A stretch of 34,914 bases of DNA, taken from contig JAFCEY010000001.1 in NCBI GenBank assembly GCA_017608945.1, positions 1 to 34,914 on the forward strand. The letters run 5' to 3'. This DNA is from Candidatus Pacearchaeota archaeon (lineage in GTDB: Archaea; Nanobdellota; Nanobdellia; Pacearchaeales; GW2011-AR1). Every line of letters starts with the position of its first letter. Position 1 is the first letter of the stretch. The notes beneath the pieces are model-generated. The model did no database searches. It was not told where the DNA came from and saw only the letters and a list, made by a program, of their open reading frames with translations. The translations under genes were made by a program, and so were the position numbers. Shown here piece by piece: positions 9,366 to 17,676 of this stretch.

Positions 9366-9700
9366 TGTATTTCTTCTAAAGCTTTTTTTAATTTTTTCAA
9401 ATGAGGTCTTTCTTTAAAATACTCCTCTGAAGCTTCATTTAAATATCTCAAAAATCTTTTTTTACCTGTTAAGGGATTATTATCAGTTTTTAATAAATAA
9501 TATTTATCACCAATTTTTTTAATAAAATTATCTTTTTCTTCCACCATTAGTTGAGTTTTAATGTTATAAAGACAATCTTTAGGAAACTCAAATCTCTTTA
9601 TAGCTTCATTATAAATTTCTTTTTCAGTTTTATCCCCTTCTTTTAAAATTAATTCTATGAGATGTTTATAAATTATTGACATTTTACAGCATTCTTTCAA
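9362..9700 (-). CDS. Hypothetical small protein (winged-helix-like pattern) inserted between rpl30 and rpl15
   Basis: 112-aa ORF. The likelier start is ATG 9680-9682 (MSIIYKHLIELIL...), one nt after the rpl30 stop. Its TGA stop overlaps the rpl15 ATG (ATGA at 9362-9365). No family recognised by eye. Confidence 0.55.
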   Translation of the reverse strand: MKECCKMSIIYKHLIELILKEGDKTEKEIYNEAIKRFEFPKDCLYNIKTQLMVEEKDNFIKKIGDKYYLLKTDNNPLTGKKRFLRYLNEASEEYFKERPHLKKLKKALEEIQ

Positions 9701-10022
9701 TTAATTCATTAATTTTTTCTTTATTATCCCCTAAGACTCCTTTTGGAAAATGTTCTTTGCTTTTAATTCCTCCTCTTGGCGGATGTAACCTAAAAAAATT
9801 TTTTGTTTTTTGTCCTCTTTTTTCCATTAATTTTTTATAAGTTTCTTTATTTATCTCGCCATAAGCAACAAAATCCTTAACTTTTTTAACCATCCCTAAA
9901 ATTTCTTTTGTTTCTTCAATTACTATACATGAATATTTTCTTTTAAGTCTTAATCTGCGGAGAGTTTCAGCTACATCTTTTTTTAATCCAGTTCTTCCAG
10001 CAATTCTAATTATAGCAATCAT
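9684..10022 (-). CDS. rpl30: 50S ribosomal protein uL30 (L30P)
   Basis: 112 aa: MIAIIRIAGRTGLKKDVAETLRRLRLKRKY...FRLHPPRGG. Located after rps5. Confidence 0.9.
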   Translation of the reverse strand: MIAIIRIAGRTGLKKDVAETLRRLRLKRKYSCIVIEETKEILGMVKKVKDFVAYGEINKETYKKLMEKRGQKTKNFFRLHPPRGGIKSKEHFPKGVLGDNKEKINELIERML

Positions 10023-10762
10023 TTTATATTTGTTTTTTTCAAAGCATTAATACAGGCTTTAACTAAATTAAATGTTGTTCTTTTTTTTCCGAAAGTTTTG
10101 CTATAAATATCTTTAATTCCTGCAAGTTTCAAGACTTTTTTTAATTCACTTCCAACAACTAATCCTGTTCCCTGAGGAGCAGGAATTAAAACTATTCTCA
10201 CGCTTCCAGATTTTCCTGTAATTTTGAATGGAATAGTATGGGGCTCTGAACAAGAACAGTCAAAAGCAGAGCAAGTTCTATTTACACTTATAATATTTAA
10301 CTTAGCCTTTCTAATTGCTTTATCTCTTGCTGGGAGAGTTTCTTTTGCCTTTCCCATTCCAATACCAATATGTCCATTTTCGTCTCCAACAACAGCCATG
10401 GTTGAAAAGGTTGGAATATTTCCTTCAGCAGTTTTTCTTTGTGTCTGACGCCAAGCTCTTCTTTTCCCTCCACCAAATTTCCCCTTTGACTGACCCAGAG
10501 AAATTAACTCTGATTTTAAATTAAGTAAATAATCAACAATTTGCTCTTCGAGAATTTTTCTTTTTGCATCAAGAATTTCATCAATATTCTTAATTTTTCC
10601 TTCTTTCACTTCTTTTCCAAGTTTTGTTTTTGGAGTCCAAGAAGCCAATATCTCTCTTTTTCTTTCTTTTTCAATTTCCTTTTTTTCAAGTTCTTTTGAT
10701 ATTTCTTCTTCTAAAATCTCTTCACTTTTTTCTTCAGTTTCTTCTAATTTACTTTTTTTCAT
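10019..10762 (-). CDS. rps5: 30S ribosomal protein uS5 with acidic/Lys-rich N-terminal extension
   Basis: 247 aa. Core TFSTMAVVGDENGHIGIGMGKAKE...IPAPQGTGLVVGSELKKVLKLAGIKD. The first ~40 aa are a Glu/Lys-rich low-complexity stretch. Confidence 0.93.
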   Translation of the reverse strand: MKKSKLEETEEKSEEILEEEISKELEKKEIEKERKREILASWTPKTKLGKEVKEGKIKNIDEILDAKRKILEEQIVDYLLNLKSELISLGQSKGKFGGGKRRAWRQTQRKTAEGNIPTFSTMAVVGDENGHIGIGMGKAKETLPARDKAIRKAKLNIISVNRTCSAFDCSCSEPHTIPFKITGKSGSVRIVLIPAPQGTGLVVGSELKKVLKLAGIKDIYSKTFGKKRTTFNLVKACINALKKTNIK

Positions 10763-11249
10763 TTTCTTCTATTTTCTTTTTAATTTCATCAAACCTTAAA
10801 GATTTTTTTAGATATTTTCCTTTTATCTTATCTTCATCTGGAAATTCTCCTTTGTATTTTATCTTAATCCCAGAATCAACAAGTCCTTTAATAAAAGCAT
10901 AAGTTCTTGTTTTCGATAAAACTCTATTCATTCCAAAATCTAATATTGGAGTTTCAAGATTTTTTTGAATTATTTTTTTTCCAATTAACAATCCTGTTAA
11001 GTATGATGCAGGAATGCTTTTTAAGCTTCCTTGAAGCTCTTTAGGCCATCCAAATTTTAATAAATGTTTAGAGCTTAATCCTATTTCAACTTTATCCCTT
11101 GCCTCTTTGCTTGTTATATATTGTCCTATAATATATCTGTTTGTTTTTCTAAAAACAAGCCGAGGAAAGCTGCCTTTTAGTAATTTAAGTCTTTTCAAAT
11201 AATCTGTTTTTCTTTCTCTTCTCCTTCTTTTTGGAACTCTCATTTTCAT
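10749..11249 (-). CDS. rpl18: 50S ribosomal protein uL18 (L18P/L5e)
   Basis: 166 aa: RRRRERKTDYLKRLKLLKGSFPRLVFRKTNRYIIGQ. Operon position. Confidence 0.9.
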   Translation of the reverse strand: MKMRVPKRRRRERKTDYLKRLKLLKGSFPRLVFRKTNRYIIGQYITSKEARDKVEIGLSSKHLLKFGWPKELQGSLKSIPASYLTGLLIGKKIIQKNLETPILDFGMNRVLSKTRTYAFIKGLVDSGIKIKYKGEFPDEDKIKGKYLKKSLRFDEIKKKIEENEKK

Positions 11250-11650
11250 TTTAAACTTTTTATATATTCTTTTAAATGTCCTATATCCCTAAATTCCCTA
11301 TTTCTAATTTTTTTCCTTAATTCTAATGCATCCTCTTTTGTTAATTTTCCTTGTTTTTTTAACTCCCTAATATATTTTCTTAATTTTCTAACTAGAACAA
11401 CATACTCTCTTTTTCTTTTTTTAACTTTTCTCTTTATACTTCCTATCCCCTTTTTTTTCTTCCTTTTCTTTTTCTTTTTTCTTCCTTTTTCTTCTTTTAT
11501 GATTATTGCTCCATCTTTATGTAAATCTTTTATATCTTGCCTTGTGATAGCTTCTTTAATTTCTTCAAGTCTTGACTTCAAGAAAATTATTCTTTCTTTT
11601 CCTACATTTAAAGTTCTTGCAGCAAGTTTTTTTTTCTTTTCAAGATTCAT
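11246..11650 (-). CDS. rpl19e: 50S ribosomal protein L19e
   Basis: 134 aa: KKKLAARTLNVGKERIIFLKSRLEEIKEAITRQDIKDLHKDGAI. Archaea/eukaryote-specific. Confidence 0.9.
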   Translation of the reverse strand: MNLEKKKKLAARTLNVGKERIIFLKSRLEEIKEAITRQDIKDLHKDGAIIIKEEKGRKKKKKRKKKKGIGSIKRKVKKRKREYVVLVRKLRKYIRELKKQGKLTKEDALELRKKIRNREFRDIGHLKEYIKSLK

Positions 11651-12011
11651 TTTCCTTTTTCAGTTTTTCTAAAAATTTTTTATTTACATTATAAACCGGA
11701 ATTTTTTTCTCTTGTGCTTTTTTTAAAATTTCGAGTCTTTTCCTTTTTCCAACTTTCCCGATAATTACAATTTCTCCTTTTCCTATTTTTTCAAGTTCTT
11801 TAACATTATAAACAATAATAGGAGTTTTTCCATTAATTTTGTCTCTTAATTTTTTATTTTTCTTATGTCCAACACTTACGGTTTTTGGATAACCTTTCCT
11901 TTTCTCTCTCATTTTATTATCTCTTCCTTTCGGCTTTCTCCACTTTTGCTTTTTCTTCCTTTTCTTTCCCAACTTCAGATGTTCTGTTGTGTTTCTTCTT
12001 AAAAATTTCAT
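11640..12011 (-). CDS. rpl32e: 50S ribosomal protein L32e
   Basis: 123 aa: FLRRNTTEHLKLGKK..WRKPKGRDNKMR..RKGYPKTVSVGH. Operon position between L6 and L19e. Confidence 0.9.
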   Translation of the reverse strand: MKFLRRNTTEHLKLGKKRKKKQKWRKPKGRDNKMREKRKGYPKTVSVGHKKNKKLRDKINGKTPIIVYNVKELEKIGKGEIVIIGKVGKRKRLEILKKAQEKKIPVYNVNKKFLEKLKKENES

Positions 12012-12550
12012 GTTTCTCTTCCTGGTTTTTTTATAATGAAGATTCCATCCTGGAAAATTCTTCTATCTCTTTTTTTGATTTTTGTAGCAACTTCAAGATC
12101 TGCTGCTGTCTGTCCTGCAAGTTCTTTATTGCATGAGAAAACCTTTATGACATCTTTTTCAATTTTGACATCAACTTCCTCTGGAATTTTAACTTTTCTT
12201 GGAATTCTCTCCCCTAAGAAATTTTTTATTAAAAGTTCTTTATTTTTAATTTCTATTGTCATTGGAAAATGGCTGAAACAAACCTTAAGCTGGTACTCAA
12301 ATTTTTCTTGTACTCCTCGAATCATATTTTTTACATGAGAAGAAATTGTATTTATCATTCTTTTGTCTTTTTTTGTTGCTTTTTTACTACCAATAATAAT
12401 CTTATCATCTTTTTTTTCAAAAATTAAGCCTGCTGTTTTGCATTTTTTTCTATTTTCTCCTTCTGGACCTTTAACTATAATTGTATTCCCTTCTATATTT
12501 GTCTCCACTCCTTCTGGAATTTTGATATTTTGAAAAATTTCTTTTCTCAT
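12008..12550 (-). CDS. rpl6: 50S ribosomal protein uL6
   Basis: 180 aa: IKIPEGVETNIEGNTIIVKGPEGE. Two-domain L6 pattern, operon position. Confidence 0.92.
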   Translation of the reverse strand: MRKEIFQNIKIPEGVETNIEGNTIIVKGPEGENRKKCKTAGLIFEKKDDKIIIGSKKATKKDKRMINTISSHVKNMIRGVQEKFEYQLKVCFSHFPMTIEIKNKELLIKNFLGERIPRKVKIPEEVDVKIEKDVIKVFSCNKELAGQTAADLEVATKIKKRDRRIFQDGIFIIKKPGRET

Positions 12551-12551
12551 T

Positions 12552-12932
12552 TTAATAAAAATAAGCTATTAGGCATCCACCAAATCCTTTTTCTAATGCT
12601 TGTTCATGTGTCATTAAACCTTTATTTGTAGAAATAATCATTACCCCGATGTTTCTTGCAGGAAGAAATCTTCTTCGGTATTTTTCAATTTGATTTTTAT
12701 TTACTGTAAATCTTGGTTTTATTGCCTTACATTCAAAAAAATCACAAAGAGTGACTTCTACTTTTTTTTCTTTAGTATTAATTTTATATTTTTTTATAGC
12801 TCCTTCTTGTTTCATTATTTTTAAAATTTCTATTAATAAATTTGAAATTCTCTTTATTTCTATGGTTTTCTTTCTGGCTTTTTTAGCATTCCTTATAGCA
12901 TTCAAACCATCAGCAACAATATCTTGTGCCAT
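12552..12932 (-). CDS. rps8: 30S ribosomal protein uS8
   Basis: 126 aa: DIVADGLNAIRNAKKARKK...VMIISTNKGLMTHEQA...GGCLIAYFY. Confidence 0.93.
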   Translation of the reverse strand: MAQDIVADGLNAIRNAKKARKKTIEIKRISNLLIEILKIMKQEGAIKKYKINTKEKKVEVTLCDFFECKAIKPRFTVNKNQIEKYRRRFLPARNIGVMIISTNKGLMTHEQALEKGFGGCLIAYFY

Positions 12933-12950
12933 TTTATGAATATTTCTAAA

Positions 12951-13178
12951 TTATGAATATTTTTTAAAACCCATTTCCTCGGCTATTTCTCTAAAACAAT
13001 GTCTGCATAAGCTTAATCCATATGAACTTATGTGAGCTCCAAATCTTCCACATCTTTCGCATTTTTTAGCTGCAACTCCAATTTTTCTGTCTTTGGGTTT
13101 ATTATGTTTTAAAAACTTCTCTACTTTTACTTTTTTCTTTAATTGCTTTAAGATTTTTTTCCAATTGCTAGCTGTCAT
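12951..13178 (-). CDS. rps14: 30S ribosomal protein uS14 (zinc-binding type)
   Basis: 75 aa. C-terminal CERCGR...LCRHCFRE Cys4 motif. Located between L5 and S8. Confidence 0.9.
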   Translation of the reverse strand: MTASNWKKILKQLKKKVKVEKFLKHNKPKDRKIGVAAKKCERCGRFGAHISSYGLSLCRHCFREIAEEMGFKKYS

Positions 13179-13187
13179 ATTTTAATA

Positions 13188-13682
13188 TTAAACAAATTTA
13201 GTTTGGAATTTTTCTTCCATAAATTTAATTATTTCTTCACGGCTTACAGCCTGTCTTTTTGGGATATTCCCTTTTTTAATTTTTTTTAACCCTATTCTTT
13301 TTCCAGCCTTCATAAAAGTAACTGTAACATCTAATCCTCTAATACCTATCTCTCTTTGATAATCTATTCCTGGAATCTCTATATACTCTTTAATTCCAAA
13401 TGAAAAAGTGTTTTCACTTACTTGTTTTCTTCTTAGTTTGTTGTCTATTGCAGCAAGCATTTTTTTTAAAATTATTTCAGGATTTTTTCTTATTGTTACA
13501 ACTGCTCCTACTTCTAATTTTGGCCTGACTCCTAATGAGGGAATTCTTTTTTTTGTTTTTCTTTTTGACGGTTTTCTTCCTGTAAGGATTTCAAGAAGTT
13601 TGATTCCTTTTTCTAAATCTTCCCCAGTCCCGCCTACACTTAAAATAACTTTTTCAATCTTTAATTCTTTCATAGGATTCAT
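13188..13682 (-). CDS. rpl5: 50S ribosomal protein uL5
   Basis: 164 aa: MKELKIEKVILSVGGTG...FSFGIKEYIEIPGIDYQ...GLDVTV. Confidence 0.92.
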   Translation of the reverse strand: MNPMKELKIEKVILSVGGTGEDLEKGIKLLEILTGRKPSKRKTKKRIPSLGVRPKLEVGAVVTIRKNPEIILKKMLAAIDNKLRRKQVSENTFSFGIKEYIEIPGIDYQREIGIRGLDVTVTFMKAGKRIGLKKIKKGNIPKRQAVSREEIIKFMEEKFQTKFV

Positions 13683-14323
13683 TCTATTACAATTAGTTGT
13701 TTAATTAAAGCATTAACATCTTTATTTTCAAGATTAACTTTCGCTCTATTATTATCTATGATTTTCTTTACTATTCCTTTTTTTCCAATGTGTTTTCCAT
13801 CAATCATGAGGATTTTTGAATTTTCTTTTAGTGGAAGATGGTTTAATATCTTTTTTTCTTTAGGGTTTATTTGAAGAGAGTCATTAATCTTACATTTAAT
13901 ATCGCTTATGAGATTTCTTCCATCGCTTAAATTCAGTTGAGTCTTTTTTCCTTTCAATAATTTTTTCCCAATTATTTTAATTACTTTTTTATGTGCCTCT
14001 GATTCCTTTATTTCTTCAACCCGAAATTTTCCTTTTTCAGAAATATTAAGTCTATAATGTTTTTTAAGAGGAATAATTGTTATCACATCAAATAACAAAA
14101 CAGTTTCTTTTTCATCTTTAGCAGTCTTGCCATTAATTAAAATGTTTTTTGCTTTTATTGCTTTTATTGCTTCTTTTCTATTTTGAGATATTCTGAGTAT
14201 ATCTCTTAAAACCATTAACAAAGATATTCCTGTTTTAAGGTGAGACTTAGGTCTGACTATAAATGTCGTTCCTTTTCTATTTATAGGCCATCTTTTTGGG
14301 ACTTTTTGTCTTTTTAGATGCAT
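13679..14323 (-). CDS. rps4e: 30S ribosomal protein S4e
   Basis: 214 aa: MHLKRQKVPKRWPINRKGTTFIVRPKSH. Archaea/eukaryote-specific. Confidence 0.92.
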   Translation of the reverse strand: MHLKRQKVPKRWPINRKGTTFIVRPKSHLKTGISLLMVLRDILRISQNRKEAIKAIKAKNILINGKTAKDEKETVLLFDVITIIPLKKHYRLNISEKGKFRVEEIKESEAHKKVIKIIGKKLLKGKKTQLNLSDGRNLISDIKCKINDSLQINPKEKKILNHLPLKENSKILMIDGKHIGKKGIVKKIIDNNRAKVNLENKDVNALIKQLIVIE

Positions 14324-14324
14324 T

Positions 14325-14690
14325 TTATTTTATTCTTTTTTTATCTTCCAAATTTAAATCAATTATTTGTAAATTTGAAGCTTTTAATGGAACATTAACT
14401 TTACTTCCATCTTGCTTTTTTATTTGAATTCCTTGCACAAATATTTTTTGCATTTTTGTATTTACTTCTATTACCTTTCCTTCCTTTTTTTTGTATTTCC
14501 CCCTCATTATCCTGACAGTGTCCCCCTTTCTTATAGGAACGCTTCTTTTTCCATGCTTCTTTCTAAGTTCTTTTGATAAATTTGCACTAAGGAATTTTCT
14601 CTTTATATGTAATGGAGCATTAGCTAAATATTTCCTTTGTTTTCTAGGCAACTTACTTGCTTTCCATTTATCTGAAAATTTTTTTTTCAT
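14325..14690 (-). CDS. rpl24: 50S ribosomal protein uL24
   Basis: 121 aa: RKQRKYLANAPLHIKRKFLSANLSKELRKKHGKRSVPIRKGDTVRIMRGKYKKKEGKV (KOW motif). Confidence 0.92.
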   Translation of the reverse strand: MKKKFSDKWKASKLPRKQRKYLANAPLHIKRKFLSANLSKELRKKHGKRSVPIRKGDTVRIMRGKYKKKEGKVIEVNTKMQKIFVQGIQIKKQDGSKVNVPLKASNLQIIDLNLEDKKRIK

Positions 14691-14833
14691 TTTTTTCTAT
14701 GATAGGCTTGTTCACAAATTTTACAATTTTCTCTTATTGATTTATCCATTATAAATCCTAAAATAGCTTTTTGATTATTATAGTCTTTATCATTAGATTC
14801 TCTTAATTCAGCTTCTAACTTTTCCTTTTTCAT
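14687..14833 (-). CDS. Unannotated 48-aa ORF filling the rpl14-rpl24 spacer
   Basis: My translation: MKKEKLEAELRESNDKDYNNQKAILGFIMDKSIRENCKICEQAYHRKK. ATG at 14831-14833 lies 1 nt after the rpl14 stop. Its TGA overlaps the rpl24 ATG (ATGA at 14687-14690). Below the 60-aa cutoff of the ORF track. Confidence 0.4.
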   Translation of the reverse strand: MKKEKLEAELRESNDKDYNNQKAILGFIMDKSIRENCKICEQAYHRKK

Positions 14834-14834
14834 T

Positions 14835-15236
14835 TTAATACACAAAATTTGCAATTTTAGCTACTTGGGGCCATCTTTCTAAAATTTCTCTTGCAACTGG
14901 CCCTTTAATCTGTGTTCCTTTTGGGTTTCCTTTTTCATCTTTTAATATTGCCACTGCGTTGTCTTCGAAAGTTACTCTCTCTCCGTCTTTTCTTTTATAA
15001 GGTTTTTTAATTCTTACTATTATAGCATCAAATACTTTTCCTTTCATTTCAGGAATTCCTCTTTTCACACTCACTTTCACCCAATCTGCAATTTTTGCTG
15101 ACATTTGTCTTCCTTTTTTTCCTTTTCCTTTTTTAACTGAAACAAGTCTTACAAGCCTTGCTCCGCTATTATCTGCAACTGTTAGTTGTGCTCCTAAATT
15201 AACTCCTCGTGTAGCTTTTGCACTTATTGCTTTCAT
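14835..15236 (-). CDS. rpl14: 50S ribosomal protein uL14
   Basis: 133 aa: LTVADNSGARLVRLVSV...VFDAIIVR.KKPYKR.DG..V.FEDNA. Confidence 0.93.
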   Translation of the reverse strand: MKAISAKATRGVNLGAQLTVADNSGARLVRLVSVKKGKGKKGRQMSAKIADWVKVSVKRGIPEMKGKVFDAIIVRIKKPYKRKDGERVTFEDNAVAILKDEKGNPKGTQIKGPVAREILERWPQVAKIANFVY

Positions 15237-15580
15237 TTTTTCTTTTTTGATGTTTTAATTACTACAAAATGGATTATTTTACTTAAAGGCCTACATTCCT
15301 GCACTTGTACAATGTCTCCAACTTGAACCTTTTCTTTTATGCAATCAGGGAGCCGAGCGTGAATTCTTGTAGTTCTTTTTTTATATCTTTCATATTTTCT
15401 TATGTAAACTTCTTTTTCGAACTCTACTACAATCCTTCTTGGAAATTTTTTCTTTACTTTTCCTTCAAAGATTTTTCCTCTTGCTTTTAATCTTCCATGA
15501 AAAGGGCAATCTTTGTCATTGCATAAAGCTCCAGCTACTTCTTTGTCTTTTATTTTTTCTTCTTTCATTTTTCTTTCCAT
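15233..15580 (-). CDS. rps17: 30S ribosomal protein uS17
   Basis: 115 aa: CNDKDCPFHGRLKARGKIFEGKV...YIRKYERYKKRTTRIHARLP...VGDIVQVQECRPLSK. Confidence 0.92.
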   Translation of the reverse strand: MERKMKEEKIKDKEVAGALCNDKDCPFHGRLKARGKIFEGKVKKKFPRRIVVEFEKEVYIRKYERYKKRTTRIHARLPDCIKEKVQVGDIVQVQECRPLSKIIHFVVIKTSKKKK

Positions 15581-15598
15581 TTTTCTTCTTGTGTGTTT

Positions 15599-15895
15599 TT
15601 AGTCTATTAACTCTTCGTTAAAGCCCATTTCTACTAAAGCTTCTTTGATTTTTTTTCTGTGGTTTCCTTGCAATTCTATTACATTGTTTTTGTAAGATCC
15701 ACCACATGCGAACTTGTTTTTTAAGGTTTTTGTGATTTTTTTAATGTCAACATCTTTTCCAAACCCGGTGATTACTGTCATGACTTTTCCGTATCTTTTT
15801 TTTTCTAAAGTCACTTTTATTTTCTGTGCACTTTTTGCTATTTGTTCACACACACAAGCTTGCTTAGGCAAGCCACATTTAGGACAAATTTCCAT
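15599..15895 (-). CDS. sui1: Translation initiation factor aSUI1 (aIF1)
   Basis: 98 aa: CPKCGLPKQACVCE...KIKVTLEKKRYGKVMTVITGF...LKNKFACGGSYKNNVIELQGNH. Located between rpl29 and rps17, as in many archaea. Confidence 0.88.
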   Translation of the reverse strand: MEICPKCGLPKQACVCEQIAKSAQKIKVTLEKKRYGKVMTVITGFGKDVDIKKITKTLKNKFACGGSYKNNVIELQGNHRKKIKEALVEMGFNEELID

Positions 15896-16070
15896 TCTTA
15901 CCTTTTATAGTGAGTATTCTTGCAATAATCTTTTTAATTTCTCTACTCCTTGAGCCTTTTTTTGTAGGATTTGCTTTAGCTTTTGTTAATTCTAATTTTA
16001 ATTCTTTTAATTTTCTTTTAATTTCCTCTTCATTCATTTTTCTAATTTCCTTTGCTTTTAGAGTTGCCAT
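15879..16070 (-). CDS. rpl29: 50S ribosomal protein uL29
   Basis: 63 aa: LKAKEIRKMNEEEIKRKLKELKLELTKAK. Located after rps3. Confidence 0.9.
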   Translation of the reverse strand: MATLKAKEIRKMNEEEIKRKLKELKLELTKAKANPTKKGSRSREIKKIIARILTIKGKNGNLS

Positions 16071-16695
16071 TTTCTCTTTCTTCTTTAATTTTTTTGATTA
16101 TTTCTTCATCAATTTTTATTTTATCACTTAGTTCAGCGTATGGAGGTAATATACTCACTTTAATTCCAATAACTCCAGGTTTTGTTTGTGCAATTGATTT
16201 TGCTCTTTCAACAACCTTAGCACTATTCCCAATTTTTTTTAAATATCCTTGAGAGAATCTCCAGGTTTTTGCTCTTGAGCTAGGGAGTTTTCCACTTAAA
16301 ACAATTTCAGCTCCAAGAGCTCCAGCATCCATTATTTTCTGTAGGGTTCTATAAGCTACGACTTTAAATTTTAAAGCCCCAATTCTTTCTAATGCTAAAG
16401 CAATTTCATCAGCAATTATTTGAGCATCAAGCTCGGGTTTTTTTACTTCTTCTATTTCAATTCTAGGATTTTCAAGTTTAAATCTTGTCTTTAATGTTTT
16501 TGTAAGTTCATCAATTCTTCCCCCTCCTCTCCCTATTACTAAACCGGGTTTATGTGTTGAAATTATAATTTTTTCACCAATAGGGGTATATTCTATTCTG
16601 ACTTTGCTTATTTTCCCTTTTTCTAAAGATCTTTTGATATACTCACGAATCTTAAACTCTCTTTTCTTGAAATCAACTACATTTTTTTCTTCCAT
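16042..16695 (-). CDS. rps3: 30S ribosomal protein uS3
   Basis: 217 aa. KH domain with PGLVIGRGGGRIDEL. Operon position. Confidence 0.93.
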   Translation of the reverse strand: MEEKNVVDFKKREFKIREYIKRSLEKGKISKVRIEYTPIGEKIIISTHKPGLVIGRGGGRIDELTKTLKTRFKLENPRIEIEEVKKPELDAQIIADEIALALERIGALKFKVVAYRTLQKIMDAGALGAEIVLSGKLPSSRAKTWRFSQGYLKKIGNSAKVVERAKSIAQTKPGVIGIKVSILPPYAELSDKIKIDEEIIKKIKEERENGNSKSKGN

Positions 16696-17286
16696 TTACT
16701 TCTTCATTTCCTTTACTTTTATTTTAATGTTGGTTCTTTTTCTTCTAATTCTTCCATATCTTCCATAAGGCCTTGAACCAATATTTGCTGTTGCTTCTGC
16801 AATTATTGGATTTTCTAGTCCATTATAATTAGCATTCGCCTGCAAACTTTTGAGCAATTTTATAAATTCTTGAGAAGCTTTTTTTGGATATCTTCCAGAC
16901 ATTATTCCTTTTCTATGAGGAATTTCTCCTTTCATTGGAATTGCTTTTTTATGTATTATAACTTCTCCTAAATTTCTTATAGCTTCATCAATTTCTTTTC
17001 CTTTTATGAATTTACAAATGCTAACTGCTTGTTTTGTTGAGATTGGCAGGTTTTTTACATTGATTATTGCTTCTGTTTTTTTCAGCTTTTCTTTTTTTTG
17101 AATTTCCTTAGGTTTTTCTTTTTTTTCTTCACTGATTTTTTGCTCTTTGTTTTTTCCTTGCGTTTTTTCTTCTGTCTTTTTATTTTTCTCTTCAGACTTT
17201 CTTTTGTAGACTTTCTTTTGTTTTTCCATTGCCTTTCTTTCCTTTTGATTTGGGTTTGGATTTTTTTCTGTCATTTTCAATTTCAT
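16696..17286 (-). CDS. rpl22: 50S ribosomal protein uL22 with ~70-aa Lys/Glu-rich N-terminal extension
   Basis: 196 aa. The uL22 core starts near [31 protein letters not shown]. The ATG overlaps the rps19 stop (ATGA at 17283-17286), which supports the long N-terminus. Confidence 0.9.
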   Translation of the reverse strand: MKLKMTEKNPNPNQKERKAMEKQKKVYKRKSEEKNKKTEEKTQGKNKEQKISEEKKEKPKEIQKKEKLKKTEAIINVKNLPISTKQAVSICKFIKGKEIDEAIRNLGEVIIHKKAIPMKGEIPHRKGIMSGRYPKKASQEFIKLLKSLQANANYNGLENPIIAEATANIGSRPYGRYGRIRRKRTNIKIKVKEMKK

Positions 17287-17675
17287 TTCTTAGCTTTTGC
17301 TCTAGTTCCCTTAGTTGCTCCAACTCCTGCTACTCCGTGTTTAATTTTGCCTCTTGTTAAAGCGAATTCTCCTAATCTATGTCCCAACATTTCTTCAACT
17401 ATATTTACAGGAGTAAAATTTTTTCCATTGTGAATATGGATTCTCATTCCAACCATTTCTGGAACTATGATTAGGTCTCTTTGATGTGTTTTTATAGGTT
17501 TATTTTTCTCGATTTTTTCTTTTGCTCTATTTATGAATTTTTCAATTTCATGGAATTGTCTTAACACTGTTCTTCTTGCTCTAGATTTAAGATACTTCGC
17601 AAATTCTCTGACATCTAATGATTTTAATTCTTCTATTTTTTTTCCTCGGTAAGTAAATTCTTTTTTCTTTTCCAT
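17283..17675 (-). CDS. rps19: 30S ribosomal protein uS19
   Basis: 130 aa: [29 protein letters not shown]...[22 protein letters not shown]. Confidence 0.93.
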   Translation of the reverse strand: MEKKKEFTYRGKKIEELKSLDVREFAKYLKSRARRTVLRQFHEIEKFINRAKEKIEKNKPIKTHQRDLIIVPEMVGMRIHIHNGKNFTPVNIVEEMLGHRLGEFALTRGKIKHGVAGVGATKGTRAKAKK

Positions 17676-17676
17676 T

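Noticed and set aside
11440-11500. Apparent purine/pyrimidine tract repeat (ttttcttcctttt... units)
   Set aside because: It is the coding sequence of the poly-Lys/Arg segment of L19e (KKKKKRKKKKG), not a CRISPR, satellite or regulatory repeat.
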